Below, piece by piece: positions 13,170 to 26,769 of a stretch of 64,000 nucleotides of DNA. The stretch comes from Octopus vulgaris (Eukaryota). Made by a program: the position numbers and the translations under genes. Within the stretch, counting starts at the first letter, position 1; the number at the start of each line of letters is the position of its first letter. Under the pieces are notes generated by a model. That model did no database searches. It saw nothing but the letters and a program-made list of their open reading frames with translations, and was not told the DNA's origin. The stretch covers positions 62,186,001-62,250,000 of the forward strand of contig OX597815.1 in the NCBI GenBank assembly GCA_951406725.2. Direction: 5' to 3'.

Positions 13170-13292
13170 TATCACATGATAACGTGACCGACCAAGTTGT
13201 CAGGTGTTGTTACACATCGCTGGTCACAATGCGTTTTTGCATTATTTTAGCCTTCAAATGACGCCACCCCGCTGGCTAAGCGAGCAGGCCTA
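13170..13292 (-). mobile_element. Isolated SINE tail Y
   Basis: Reverse complement matches 23335-23455 (ggcctgctcgcttagccag...cgcattgtgaccagcgatgtgt). Confidence 0.8.
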
Positions 13293-13374
13293 CACGCACA
13301 CACACACACACACACACACATGAAGTAACAAACTAAGGAAAGAAATCCTTCAAAAGGGTGTGTAAAACATCCAA

Positions 13375-13453
13375 TTCACTGTCTTACACTATTGCCTCGA
13401 GCTGATCGAAGGTTGCGAGTGGATTTGGTAGATGGAAACTGGAAGAAGGCCGT

Positions 13454-13519
<66 letters not shown>

Positions 13520-13710
13520 TTCGTGCATGTGTTTTGTACCCTTCCCTCCTCTGACTTCCGTAACTTTGCGATTCGGCAAAAGAACGGATATAATAATTGC
13601 TAGCCTTTCAAAAATAAGTACTGGAATCGATTCATTCGACTAAAAACTCTTCTAGACTGTGCCCCAGCATAGTCACAGTCCAATGAATGAAACAAGTAAA
13701 AGATAAATAA
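13375..13710 (+). mobile_element. SINE family C
   Basis: gagtggatttggtagatggaaact...(TG)n...gccccagcatagtcacagtccaatgaatgaaacaagtaaaagat. Confidence 0.85.
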
Positions 13711-13736
13711 ATATATAGACACACATGCACATAAAT

Positions 13737-13807
<71 letters not shown>

Positions 13808-13937
13808 CGTACATTAAATTAAATATAGAGATACAATTGATAACTAAATACTTTATTTATATTATAATATAACATAATATACTATGGATATAATATAATA
13901 TAAAGTAACATAAAAAAATCCTTAAAAAAACCAAAAG

Positions 13938-14017
13938 AGCCAACAATTTGTCTCGACTTATATACATTATTTGATTTATAAACAATTCAGTTCACTTATA
14001 TAAGTCTCATCAGAGCT
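13938..14017 (-). ncRNA. Degenerate type I hammerhead ribozyme motif
   Basis: Minus strand: AGCU-CUGAUGA-GACUUAUAUA(32 nt loop)UAUAUAAGUC-GAGA-C AAAUU GUU-GGCU; 10-bp stem II; GAAA mutated to GAGA. Confidence 0.6.
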
Positions 14018-14214
14018 ATGGTTTAAAGATAGACGAAATTCCGTGTGAAAAGACGGCTGGATTGTAAAAAGATTAATCCAAATGTCTATATATTATGAGC
14101 GTGAGCGTTAACTTTTCAATTACATAGAAATTAGAATTAAAAAACAACAAAATTATAACGGACAATACTGTGAGTGGATTTAGAAGACGGAAACTGAAAG
14201 AAGCCTGTCGTATA

Positions 14215-14271
<57 letters not shown>

Positions 14272-14299
14272 TTATGCATATGTCTATGTATGTACGTAT

Positions 14300-14730
14300 G
14301 TATTCTTTTATTGTTTTATTTGCTTCAGTCATTTGACTGTGGCCATGCTGGAGCACCGTCTTTAGTCGATCAAATCGACTCCAAGACTTATTCTTTGTAA
14401 GCCTAGTACTTATTCTATCAGACGCTTCGGCCCAACCGCTAAGTTACGGGGACGTAAACACACCAGCATCTCTTTGTCAAGCGATGTTGGATGGACAAAC
14501 ACAGACATACAAACATACACACACACACACACATACATGTATATTTTCGTGCATATATACATATACATATATACACGCACAAACACACATATATATACGG
14601 CAGGATCTTTCAGTTTCTGTATACCAAGTCTCACAGAACTTTGGCCGGCTCGGTGCTATAGTAGAAGACATTTGCCCAAAGCACCGTGCAGTGAGATTGA
14701 ACCCAATATCACATGGTTGCAAATCAAGCC
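14300..14730 (-). mobile_element. SINE family C
   Basis: cagtcatttgactgtggccatgctggagcaccg...cagtttctgtataccaag...gcccaaagcaccgtgcagtg. Confidence 0.85.
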
Positions 14731-14782
14731 TACTAAAAGTGAGCTTATAACCATTGTCACTATGGTTACTTATGGTGAGTGT

Positions 14783-14830
14783 TCGGTTGTTGATGAAATC
14801 CCAATACGGGATTGAAAGCAGTCAGGCTGA
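14783..14830 (+). ncRNA. Degenerate minimal hammerhead ribozyme motif
   Basis: UCGGUUg-UUGAUGA-AAUCCC aauac GGGAUU-GAAA-gca GUC-aGGCUGA; perfect 6-bp stem II, imperfect core and stem III. Confidence 0.55.
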
Positions 14831-15182
14831 TCCAATATGTTATTGAATAATATAAATCAATGTGTTTACGAATGTATGCTTGTTCACAGTGTTTGTCTAT
14901 AAACACAAATATTTCACGTTGTAGAGTATATAGCATAGCTAGAGCTGAAAATGAGAGAGAGCAATGGAGAGAAAGAGGTGGAACGAGGAATAGAAAATTA
15001 AATAGTCAATATTACAACACCAAACCGTCTGAAGGAAAGAGAGAAAGAGAGGAATATCGTTACTTATAAAAAGAAAAGAAAACAAGTGAAGCTTTATTCA
15101 CTATGCTGACTCAGCCCTCGTTCCATTACATAATCAGGAGAAATATACATATATTTCTCCATATACTCTACATTATAAGTGG

Positions 15183-15392
15183 TTTCAAATTTTGGCACAA
15201 GGCCAGCAATTTCGAGATAGGGGTTAAGTCGATTAAATCGACCCCAGTGCTCAACTGGTAATCATTTTATTGACCTTGAAAGGATGAAATGCAAAATCGA
15301 CCTCAGCGGTATTTGAACTCAGAACGTAAAAACGGACGAAATGCTGCTAAGCATTTTGTCCGGTGTGCTAAGTATTCACCCATATCGCCGTC
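15183..15392 (-). mobile_element. SINE family M
   Basis: ggcacaaggccagcaattt...aaggatgaaa...atttgaactcagaacgt. Confidence 0.85.
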
Positions 15393-15667
15393 TTAATGAC
15401 ATGTGTATTAGATAATTCACTGTCTCTGTCTACATGTGTCTATCTATCTCGCTCTCTCGCTCTCTCTCACATTCTCCCTTCCTCTCTCCCACACCTACAA
15501 TCTTGTAAGTAAGAAATGTTTGTTTTTAAATTGTCATATAGTAACTACTAGGTTTGACTTTCCGCTATCAATATTGATTGTGTTTCTATGTACATGTATG
15601 TATTTATGTATGTATGTATATATTAAACAAGAAAGGTGAAATGATAGAGCAAAAGGGGCAAAAGGAG

Positions 15668-15706
15668 TCGTCGTCGTTGTCGTCGTCATCATCATCATCA
15701 TCATCA

Positions 15707-15797
<91 letters not shown>

Positions 15798-15827
15798 CTA
15801 TTATTATTATCATTATCATTATTATTA

Positions 15828-15865
<38 letters not shown>
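15668..15865. repeat. (TCG)(TCA)(TTA)n microsatellite
   Basis: Direct reading. Confidence 0.95.
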
Positions 15866-16215
15866 GAGTGAGAGAGCAGTGCATGCCATCAAACTGCACT
15901 GGGGTAAAATCTACAAAGCCCAGTATACCCATCATGTCTACTCGTCTATTAAGGGTTCACTAGACACATGCATCACAACCATATGTGCGCGACATGGTGA
16001 TCTCATATCAAGATAAACAGTGCATGACCTTGCAGGTGGGACCCAGTTAGAATGTTCTTATGGTCGAGTAGGCCATCCCACTCAAAAGGTCCCTGAATAA
16101 GAATTGTTTAAGGATGTTGAACGAACCATCCATGTTTCCAGATGTGAATTATCCAAACCTCTAAGAATTCCTTTCAACACATGGCTATGATGCTCCCCAA
16201 CTACTTCTACTTGTG
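15866..16215 (-). mobile_element. Interspersed retroposon 3' part with (TAA)n on both sides
   Basis: Homologous to 6225-6510. Confidence 0.8.
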
Positions 16216-16298
<83 letters not shown>

Positions 16299-16302
16299 CA
16301 TT

Positions 16303-16334
<32 letters not shown>

Positions 16335-16339
16335 TATTT

Positions 16340-16855
16340 TTTTTTTGAGTAATCTTATTTTTATCATGTGCTTTCACTGCCCTACTGAGCACAGTTCTGT
16401 GTGCCTTCAATATGAGCTGTGGTTTGTTTTGATTTTGTTATTTTCACTGTATTGAAAGTACTTTATGTAAGATGAGCTCAATGCCTAGTAGTGCTATTTT
16501 CTGTATGTTACATGTATTCATAAGTCCTGGTGTTTGGTTATGTATTTGTATTTTTTTTTGTTCATACCTAATGCACCTATTATTACGGGGATTATTTCTG
16601 TTTTTAGGCTCCACATTCAGGTTATCACTATTTCCAGATTTTTGTATTTTGAGTTTCTCTGTTTCTTTTAGAGATACATTGTCATCTGTTGGTATTGATA
16701 CGTTGGTTAGAAAGCATTTTTTTCTTGATGATCTCAAACTACTACATCCGGTCTATAAGCCTTGATTTCTCTATCTGTGTGTATTGGCATAAGACAGAGT
16801 ATGGTTGGTTTGTCATTTTCCAAGACCTTTTCTGGAGTATGCCGATACCATCTTT
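16340..16855 (-). mobile_element. R4/Dong-type 3' fragment (REL endonuclease)
   Basis: TDREIKAYRPDVVV, CFLTNVSIPTDDNVSLKETEK, IQKIALLGIELILHKVL-stop; flanked on both sides by trinucleotide tracts. Confidence 0.85.
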
Positions 16856-16997
16856 TTCAATTGTTGTTGTTGTTGTTGTTCTTGTTCATGTTCTTGTTCT
16901 TCTTGTTCTTGTTCTTGTTATTGTTGTTGTTGTTGTTGTTGTTGTTGTTCTTCTTCTTCTTCTTCTTCTTCTTCTTCTTCTTCTTCTTCTTCTTCTT

Positions 16998-17071
<74 letters not shown>

Positions 17072-17072
17072 G

Positions 17073-17210
17073 GTGCGAGCTGGCAGAATCGTTAGTACAC
17101 CGGGTGAAATACTTAGAAGTATTTCGTCTGCCGCTACGTTCTGAGTTCAAATTCCGTCGAGGTCAGTTTTACCTTTCATCCTTCCGAGGATCGATGAATT
17201 AAATACCAAT
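17073..17210 (+). mobile_element. SINE family M
   Basis: gcgagctggcagaatcgttag...gttctgagttcaaattccg...cctttcatccttccgaggatcgat. Confidence 0.85.
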
Positions 17211-17794
17211 TATCATTATAGTCATTATTATTATTAGAAGACTGTTGAAATTTCGTTAAATAACCGTTAAATACATAGTCTATTACAAATCGCACTGTAC
17301 TCTTTTTATTGTATATTGACCTTCGTGAAGAGTTACGTCAATCTTGATAAAATATTATTACTATTATTATTATTATTATTATTGTTGTTGTTGTGGTTGT
17401 TGTTGTTGTTGTTGCTGTTGTTGTTGTTGTTGTCGTTACTGCTGCTGCTACTTCTATTGCTGCTGCTATTGTTGTTGTTGTTTTCTGTCTGATGTTCTGC
17501 GATATTTGCTTGTTCATTTTCACAAATGTTCGTGAAGAAATTAATTTTCATTTAGCCTTTATTTCAGAAAAGGATCTTCATTGTATACCCCTTACTGGGG
17601 TTGGACAAAAATATTTTAATTTGCTGACTTCATAAGAATTTATAAACTTTCGAGAGAAGGTGGAATAATTCGTTTTTAGAATTGTTTCCCGAAGTACATT
17701 AAAGCTATAAATGAAGGTAATTTGCAGGTAATTCGAGTATCAATTCCAACAAGGAAATATTTTTATTACCGTTCAATGCTAAGGTAAACACACA

Positions 17795-17907
<113 letters not shown>

Positions 17908-18157
17908 GTAAAAACGACTTCATTCCTCTGATCCTCTGCTCGAAAAGACTGAAGTAAGCAAAGTGAAAAAACACCAAATGAAAAAGAATAAAAAACCAAA
18001 TTATATATTAATGAAAAAAAATACATATTAATGATTAAAAAACAAATAAACAAAAAAAAACAAGTGACAGGAAATGAAAAGAAAAATAATAGCACTCCAA
18101 TAGGAACATATAGCATAATATACAAGTTTGGTAAAACACAAACGATAGTAGACATAA

Positions 18158-18536
18158 CGTGGCACGCTGTCGGTTACGACAACGAGGGTTCCAATTGATT
18201 CGAGCAACGGAACGGCCTGCTCGTGAAATTAACGTGCAAGTGGCTGAGCACTCCACAGACACGTGTATACTTAACGTAGTTTTCGGGGAGATTCAGCGTG
18301 ACACAGCGTGTGACAAGGCTGGCCCTTTAAAATACAGGTACAATAGAAGCAGGAAGAAAGAGTGAGAGACAGTTGTGGTGAAAGAGTACCGCAGGGTTCG
18401 CCACCACACCCTGCCGGAGCATCATGGAGCTTTAGGTGTTTTCGCTCAATAAACACACACAACACCCGATCTGGGAAGCGAAATCTTGATCCTATGGCCG
18501 CGAGTCCGCTGCACTAACCACTGGGCCATTGCGCCT
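18158..18536 (-). mobile_element. tRNA-derived SINE (head B plus tail X), full length
   Basis: Minus strand starts ggcgcaatggcccagtggttag (A box); shares its head with 23167 and its tail with 8090-8201. Confidence 0.9.
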
Positions 18537-19986
18537 TCACAATAGTAGACATACACACAGCATGTCCAGTGTAAATATGAACAACGAAAATCTAACCCCA
18601 AAACGTTCTTTCGGACAAAAAGGAATAATAAATAACAAAAAAATGTTCGTTATAGAACTTTACACTGAAAAAATGAACTGGAAGCATTTTGTGCGTAAGT
18701 CAAGGCGTGGTGAGGGGGAGAAAGATAACCTATCTATGCTTTTGCCAAGTCTACGAGAATTTCTTTCGTTCCATCGAATAGAAACTTGGAAATACCCATG
18801 GTTGATATTTTAAATGAAGTTTTCTTTACTGGAAGAGTGAAGGTGTATGCGTCATCTTTAAAGCAGAAGACAAAGACAAAAGGGCAAGCCATGATTGTAC
18901 TTAATACATCGGTGCATATGCTGGTTCTGCAGTGTTTGGGAAGATGAACTCTTAAGGAATGACAGTGATGTTGTCACACTTGGCTTGTAGTCACTGTTGT
19001 GGCACAATATGGACTGATAGTCATTGCTGACCAAAGTTTTAGTGCTACGGGGATGGCCATAAGCATTCAAGTTCCCAGGGAGTCGCAAGATCGCAAACCA
19101 ACAGCAGTACAGTTTCCTGTAGAGAGCGTTGAAAGAAAGACCTTAAAACTAAACACCCAAGTATCCAGACAAGGGACAGATCGACAAGGTGATTGGAACT
19201 CATTTTAAACAATATAAAAAGAAGAGAAGAATATACTTTGGAGAGATTTAAACAGTTTTTATTTGTCAGTTAGTTATCCAGAGGATATGTGGGTTTACTT
19301 GCTCATTTAAGCTGCAAGCATTCCACAACTCTACTGAATGTATTATTCACTGTCTCTTATATGTCGGAAGGAAGAACTTTCGCCTTGGCTTGTCAAAAAC
19401 TCGAACAGCCATTGACAAGTTCAAAAAAGCCGAAACGCGTCGATCCTCCTCATGAATCACTGCAGTGACGATGTTCGTCTCGTTCCGATATATTTTGTGC
19501 TTTTAACACAACATGTTTGGAAAGATATTCTCTAAGACAGAAACAACAGCAACACGCCCTTTAATGGTGCATATGCAATAAGTATGATAGACAGATGACT
19601 ATTTTAAATAGTCTGCCGAAAGTATTTTAAATGATGGTTTAGGAATTAATAGCAGTAGTACAACAGGAGTAAACTCGAATGAACCAACAATTGAAACTGT
19701 ACCCTTGTCACAACAAACCCGATGTTTACCTCATGCTTTACAACACAAGTTATTATACATTGCGGTTTATAAGAATGGCCATGGGTTGGTAGGGTTTGTC
19801 CCATATTTTAATGGATTTTAAAAAAATATTTAATTTTATTTATTTTATTCCAATATGCCGATTTGTTTTCAGCGATCCGTATATCATTAAACCCCACTCC
19901 ACCTGAACACATACACACATATACATCTACACATAAATACATATACATAAGCATGCATATATGTATGTAAGTATGTATATATGTAA

Positions 19987-20043
<57 letters not shown>

Positions 20044-20048
20044 TACAT

Positions 20049-20112
<64 letters not shown>

Positions 20113-20232
20113 TATGCGTGTCTATATAACGTAGGTTTATATATATTTTATGTAATATGTTCTCTATGTAAGTTATAGGTGCGTGTCTAAATAACACATA
20201 GGCATGTATACATACGTGCATACATACATACA

Positions 20233-20264
<32 letters not shown>

Positions 20265-20718
20265 GTTATATTATGTATGTATGTATGTATGTATGTATGT
20301 ATGTATGTATGTATGTATTTATTAACGTACGTCTGCACGCACGACAAAATATATATGCAAATCGTATATATAAGTGTGTTTGTGTGTGTGTATATATGTC
20401 TGTATCTATCTGCACACACACACACACACACACACTTTTTTCCCCTTTATTTTTCAATATATTTCCATTCGCAATATTAGTTTTCGTATACGTTTAGCTT
20501 TCATGCTATTTCCTCCACCCTTCGCCCCACCCAAACGTCCGTCTACCCAGGTCCCTACATTGTATCTCTATCTATTTTCATCTTAACTTTTTCCTTTCTT
20601 TTTCTTTCTCCTCTCTCTTTCTCTCTTCCTCTTTCCTGCTTTTTCTTGTCTTTCAGTTCATCCTTCTATCTCCTTTCTCCTCTCATTGATTGCCTCATAG
20701 TCTCTCTCCATCACGATG

Positions 20719-20807
<89 letters not shown>

Positions 20808-21223
20808 TTATTTATATTTATATTTGTATTTATATATATCTGCGTGAGCGTGCGAACGTGTGTATGCGTGTATGTGTTTATACATATGTACACTCCCGCT
20901 ATATTCACCCTCTCCGCTCCTTTCCGGTTGAATTGTTGGTTCAACAACAGAGATTTTTGATCAATCTCTTGAAATTCTATGTTTTTAACGGTGCAAATTT
21001 GTTCTCCCTTCTTCTCCACCTCCTTCCCATATTCATGTTTTGCTTTCTTTTTTTTTGTTTTTTGTTTTGTTTGGTGTTTTCTCCTTTCTATCGCATCAAC
21101 ATTAAAGAGAGCAATGGCCGATGAAATGTGTATATTGTAAATGTTGATACGTACATAAATACACACACATGTGTACGTGTATGTGCGTGTATGTATGCTT
21201 GTGCATGTAAGTATGAATGTGGG

Positions 21224-21309
<86 letters not shown>

Positions 21310-21486
21310 AACACACACACACACACACATATATATATAAGCACACACAAACACATGATACACATATCTAACAATACATTTAATGGCAGGCATTTTCTTT
21401 ATGTACGTTTTCGTATACACACAACTACGCACACATATGTGTATATCTATGCTTTTTGTATGTAGATACACATGTGCACACATATA

Positions 21487-21544
<58 letters not shown>

Positions 21545-21773
21545 TTACACATACACATATATTTACATACATACATACTTACATGTACATATATATGTGT
21601 ATGTATATATATGTATACACATATGTGTATGCATATATATATATGTGAAATATGAATATATAATATACACATACATATACGTAAGTATATATATATGTGT
21701 GTATATATATATATATATATTTGTATATGTGTGTATATGTATATACATATACATATATCTATATCTATATCTA

Positions 21774-21867
<94 letters not shown>

Positions 21868-22360
21868 CGCATGTTTCTATGTTGATAAACATATTAACAT
21901 ATACAAACATACACACACACATATATATGCATACTTTTATGTGGTATGTCTGTATACATCTGTATATGTTAGTGTGTGTGTATCACACATGTACAAACAC
22001 ACTCCAACACGCACTGTGTTGTTGATACAGTGTCAGCCGTATTGACTGGTGGCTGATGAGTAAACACTTCCATCAAAGTCGCTAATTCAAACCATTTGTT
22101 TGACCTTGCTAGAAAGTGATGTCATTGGGAGGCACAGTCCACTTTAATGAAGATATGTAGGGGAGATAACCTGCTATATAATTTAACAGCAGTCGACATT
22201 TAAACCACGTGACATTATAGGTACAAATGAACGTCGGTTGGGGTCGAACTACGAAAATGAGTATTAGATTACTGAATATTGCTTTGCAACTAATTCCACA
22301 AGCAACGTCACCTTCTTAAGTAGTGGTAGTAGTAGTGGTAGTAATAGTAGTAGTAGTAGT

Positions 22361-22391
<31 letters not shown>

Positions 22392-22409
22392 CGTTTGCTG
22401 CTGCTGTTG

Positions 22410-22477
<68 letters not shown>

Positions 22478-23166
22478 TCTTAATTTAGACACACAAAAAA
22501 TTCGAGGGTGGAGATTAGTCGATCGATGCAGTTGGCTTCAGTATTTAACTGGTTCATTATTGAACTGTCTCCGAAAAGATGAAATCAAAGATGATCTCGG
22601 CGAGATTTGAATTCAGAACGTAAAATGCCTTAGGTAATATCGCAAACCATTTCATCCGAAGAGTTTCTAACAAAGACAGAATGCCTCAAATTTTAAGTGG
22701 GAGAACTCATTCGATTTATTTATTTTTTTTTTTTTTACTTTTTGAAATCTGAAAGTTTTTAAATGAATATCTCTTGTAAGACGATGCGCAAATATTTCAT
22801 ATCATGTGGATGGCACAATCTCATGCATACAACTTTACCTGACGAGCGAATTAACTGTATTAAATTTATCGACCAAACGGTGATTAATACACTACATATC
22901 AACATGCGTAGCAAACGGGGATTGTTACTTTTGCGTGGGTTGCTGTCGATAGGACACAGCTCTTCTCCACTTGTTAACGGCTGCACAGACATAACTGCAT
23001 ACGTTATTGTCAGAAGAACAGAACTCAACACTTTCTGCATACGAAGCACAGTTATCTTCTGTCATTATCATTATCCTGGTTTTACAGTTCTCTGTTATCT
23101 GCGTGGTTATTCCAGTTTTTTGGAGATTGTGTACAGACATATACATGCATATATACAAACAAGCAG

Positions 23167-23455
23167 AGGCGCAATGGCTCAGTGGTTAGGGCAGTGGACT
23201 CGCGGTCGTAGGAACGCGGTTTCGATTCCCAGACCGGGCGTTGTGAGTGTTTATTGGGCGAAAACACCTAAAAAGCTCCACGAGACTCTGGCAGGGGTGG
23301 TGGCAACAATTTCCCCTCACTCTTTCTTCTGTTGGCCTGCTCGCTTAGCCAGTGGAGTGGCGTCATTTGAAGGCTAAAACAATGCGAAGCGCATTGTGAC
23401 CAGCGATGTGTAGCAACATCTGATAACCTTGTCGGTCACAGTGGTCACGGTGATA
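23167..23455 (+). mobile_element. tRNA-derived SINE (head B plus tail Y)
   Basis: ggcgcaatggctcagtggttaggg...ggtttcgattccc (A and B boxes); tail shared with 13170-13292. Confidence 0.9.
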
Positions 23456-24179
23456 TACAAACATATAATAGTACATATTCACAGGGTGAAGTATATTGAT
23501 TCACACATGTACAAACCAATATACACATTTATTTGCACGCCTATACATGTGTGTATACATATATACTCCAACGTTTACACACTCATTTATATACATACAG
23601 CAACAGGTATAATTACATGTATACACACACGTGCATGCAGATGTGAGCCTAGTCTTTAAATGGACGTAACACAAAGGTATTGGTTTTGGCGTTTTACAAT
23701 TCTGCTAACGCAATTCTTTTGTTGATTATGGATAACAAAAACAAAAAATAGCAATAATAATAACAATAATAATAACAATATTACAGTCGTCGATAAGAAG
23801 AAATTATGTATTGTAAAATGTGACATGCGATTTTGACGGCAAAATAAAGCGAAAAGAGAGAAAGAAGTGTTATACTAACTAAATGTAGGAAATCCCCAAG
23901 TGCTGGAAGAGAGAAATTAATAGTCAATTATTATTAGGTGTTTGGGAAAAGAATTTGAGAGCAGCCTTGGACTGGATGCAGTGTAGATAGCATGTTAATT
24001 AGACCCGACAAGAATTTTCACGAAATTCTTAATATAAAGTAAAAACAGCTGAAGAATCTTCAGGCATGATACGACTGTCGTAACTTGCCTGAATACTCCG
24101 CGCATTCAGAGGCAAAACTCTGAGTAACAAATGCCTGACTCAATCAAAATAAAATAGTACACACACACACACCTATATA

Positions 24180-24535
24180 TCAGGTCATCTCATAAGTTGC
24201 ACGACCCCACACTGCAAAGATCATATCACAGAAGATCGAAGAGCTTGGATGGGAAAAAATCCACCTTATTTTCCCGACTTTGCTCCTTCAGACTAGCATT
24301 TGTTTCGTAGTTTACAGAATCATTTAAGGGATATAACTTTCGCAAGTTCTTTCAGAGTTCTTCGCTTTGAAACCAAAAGAGTTTTACATTGATGGGATTA
24401 AAAAGCTTGTAAATAGATGGAAGGAAGTCACAGATAATCAGGGAAAGTACATTGATGATTAAATTTCAATTAAATATAACATTCGATCACTTGTTTTCTT
24501 TATTCAAAATTCGGATAGAACTTATGGGATGACCT

Positions 24536-24537
<2 letters not shown>
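24180..24537 (+). mobile_element. Internally deleted mariner element with both TIRs
   Basis: Ends tcaggtcatctcataagtt / aacttatgggatgacctta with TA on both sides; encodes ARPHTAKIISQKIEELGWE, PY.PDFAPSD.HLFRSLQNHL, FYIDGIKKLVNRWKEV...GKYIDD-stop. Confidence 0.9.
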
Positions 24538-24567
<30 letters not shown>

Positions 24568-24609
24568 TGTATGTATGTATGTATGTATGTATGTATGTAT
24601 GTATGTATG

Positions 24610-24661
<52 letters not shown>

Positions 24662-24665
<4 letters not shown>

Positions 24666-24982
24666 GAAATGAAGAAAATGCAGACAAAATAATTTAAGTA
24701 AGGGAGAGTGTATTTAATTAGGTGAAGTTCTTTTTACCGGTTGCGCATTTGTTATGCTTATCAAAAGATATTTTTAAGAGAGATAGAGTTCCTTTCTGAT
24801 AGATTTTTTTCTCGCATCAGATAAGAGAAAAAAAAAATCTATCAGAAAGGAACTCTATCTCTCTTAAAAAAATATCTTTTGATAAGCATAACAAATGCGC
24901 AACCGGTAAAAAGAACTTTCACCTAATTAAATACACTCTCCCTTACTTAAATTATTTTGTCAGCATTTTCTTCATTTCCTTT
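24662..24982. repeat. Near-perfect fold-back (about 150-bp arms, 11-nt loop) containing a hammerhead-like motif in each arm
   Basis: 24662-24813 is the reverse complement of 24825-24982 with few differences; motif UUGAUAA-GCAU aacaa AUGC-GCAA-CCG GUA at 24879-24908. Confidence 0.9.
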
Positions 24983-25029
24983 TTTTATATATCACAACTC
25001 GTGTTCCACATCTCCTTTTTTAAATATAT

Positions 25030-25090
<61 letters not shown>

Positions 25091-25236
25091 CAGTACTTGG
25101 AGAATAAGAACGGAACGAAACGAACGAATCGAATCGAATCGACGCGAGGGCGCTGTCATACAATAGTGTAATAAATAAAATATATGCATACATACATACA
25201 TATATGTACGTACCTACATCTACATGTATATATACA

Positions 25237-25281
<45 letters not shown>

Positions 25282-25858
25282 CTATATATATGTATATGTG
25301 AGTGTGTGCGTGTGTGTGCGCATGTGTGTGTATGTATATATATATGTATAGAAATATATATATGTATATATGTATATATATATATATTAATAAATAAAAT
25401 AAAACATATGCATATATATAAACATATATGTACGTACCTACCTCTACATGTACATATACACGCATATATGAGTACAGGACACCAAAAGGACGTCGAACTA
25501 TGTATGTGTGTGTGTGTGTGTATTCAGAAGGAGATTAAGCATAAAGCTGAAACCGAACGTAACTAGAAACCGCACGATATTTTCGGTGGTGTTCAACCGA
25601 TCTTGCCACACACCACCTCTTATAATAACAATTATAATATCAAGTATAATAACGCTTTTTTTTATTTGCCACAAGGGCACCGAAGGAAGGTCATTAAAAA
25701 AAAACGAAAAATAAAAGAAAATTGATGGTTGTAATAATGAGAACTCTACGATTATTTAGTATTACATATAGTAGTAATGGTAGTTGTAGTAATATTGTCG
25801 AAATAGCAGTAGCAGTAGTAGTAGTAGCAGCAGCAGTAGTAGTAGCAGCAGCAGCATC

Positions 25859-25909
<51 letters not shown>

Positions 25910-26769
25910 TGGACTAGACGTGAAGCCTTAATGTGTAGGATAGCTGAAATGTCACGTTTAGAGAGTGACACGATATAACGCCTCAAGCAAACTATAACAA
26001 GAAATATATATATATATATATATATATGAAAGATTAAATAAATAGGCAAAATATAAACAAATATTACAACATAAAAAAATAAGTAGCAGTTAAAAAAAAC
26101 TAAACACGTAAATAGATAAATATATATAAATGGTTGTAGAAATTCGAAGCCGATATTGAAGGACGGAAGTCGTTCTAGAGAAAATGGATGGGAACAATTG
26201 TTACTGGTGTTGGTGTTGGTGCTGATGATAGTGTAGGTGGTGGTGGTGGTGATGGTGATGGTGGTAGTGATAGTGGTGGTTGTAATTATTGTGTTGGTGA
26301 TGATGTAGGCGTCACCGTTGGCAGGGCAATTGACAAAGTTGTTTAGTTGTTTGTATGCCTGTTATTTATATAGTTGTTGCTGTTGTGGCATTAGTTTTGG
26401 TGATTGTTGTAGAAAAAGTGTGTAATGGCTGTGTTAGGGTGTACTGTCTTTTTTTTTTGTGTAGATGTGGTGGTGCTAGACACGTGGTAGTGATAATGGT
26501 GTTGGTGCTGGTGCGGATGATTTGCTATGATGATGCTTGACGTCCATATGTTGTTCATTATCATTATACACACGTTCAACCACACACACAAATACAAATA
26601 CAAACATATACACACTCACACACACACATCTGTATGTATACACACACACACGCGCGCGCGCGCGCACACGCACACACACACACACACACACACATGTAAA
26701 TATGTAGAAAAATTATTATTTCTAAATCTCTGAACGAGAGACATTCAGTAACAGTACCCTAGAGTAAAG

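Noticed and set aside
18630-19400. Possible Penelope GIY-YIG relic upstream of the 19412 motif
   Set aside because: Only vague peptide resemblance; too decayed to call by eye
22046-22080. CTGATGAG motif
   Set aside because: No downstream GAAA or stem III
23167-23240. tRNA-like sequence (also at 7946, 18460, 44720)
   Set aside because: SINE heads with A/B boxes continuing into repeat bodies; no intact cloverleaf
22763-23377. 204-aa ORF
   Set aside because: C-terminal third is a SINE; remainder has no recognisable domain
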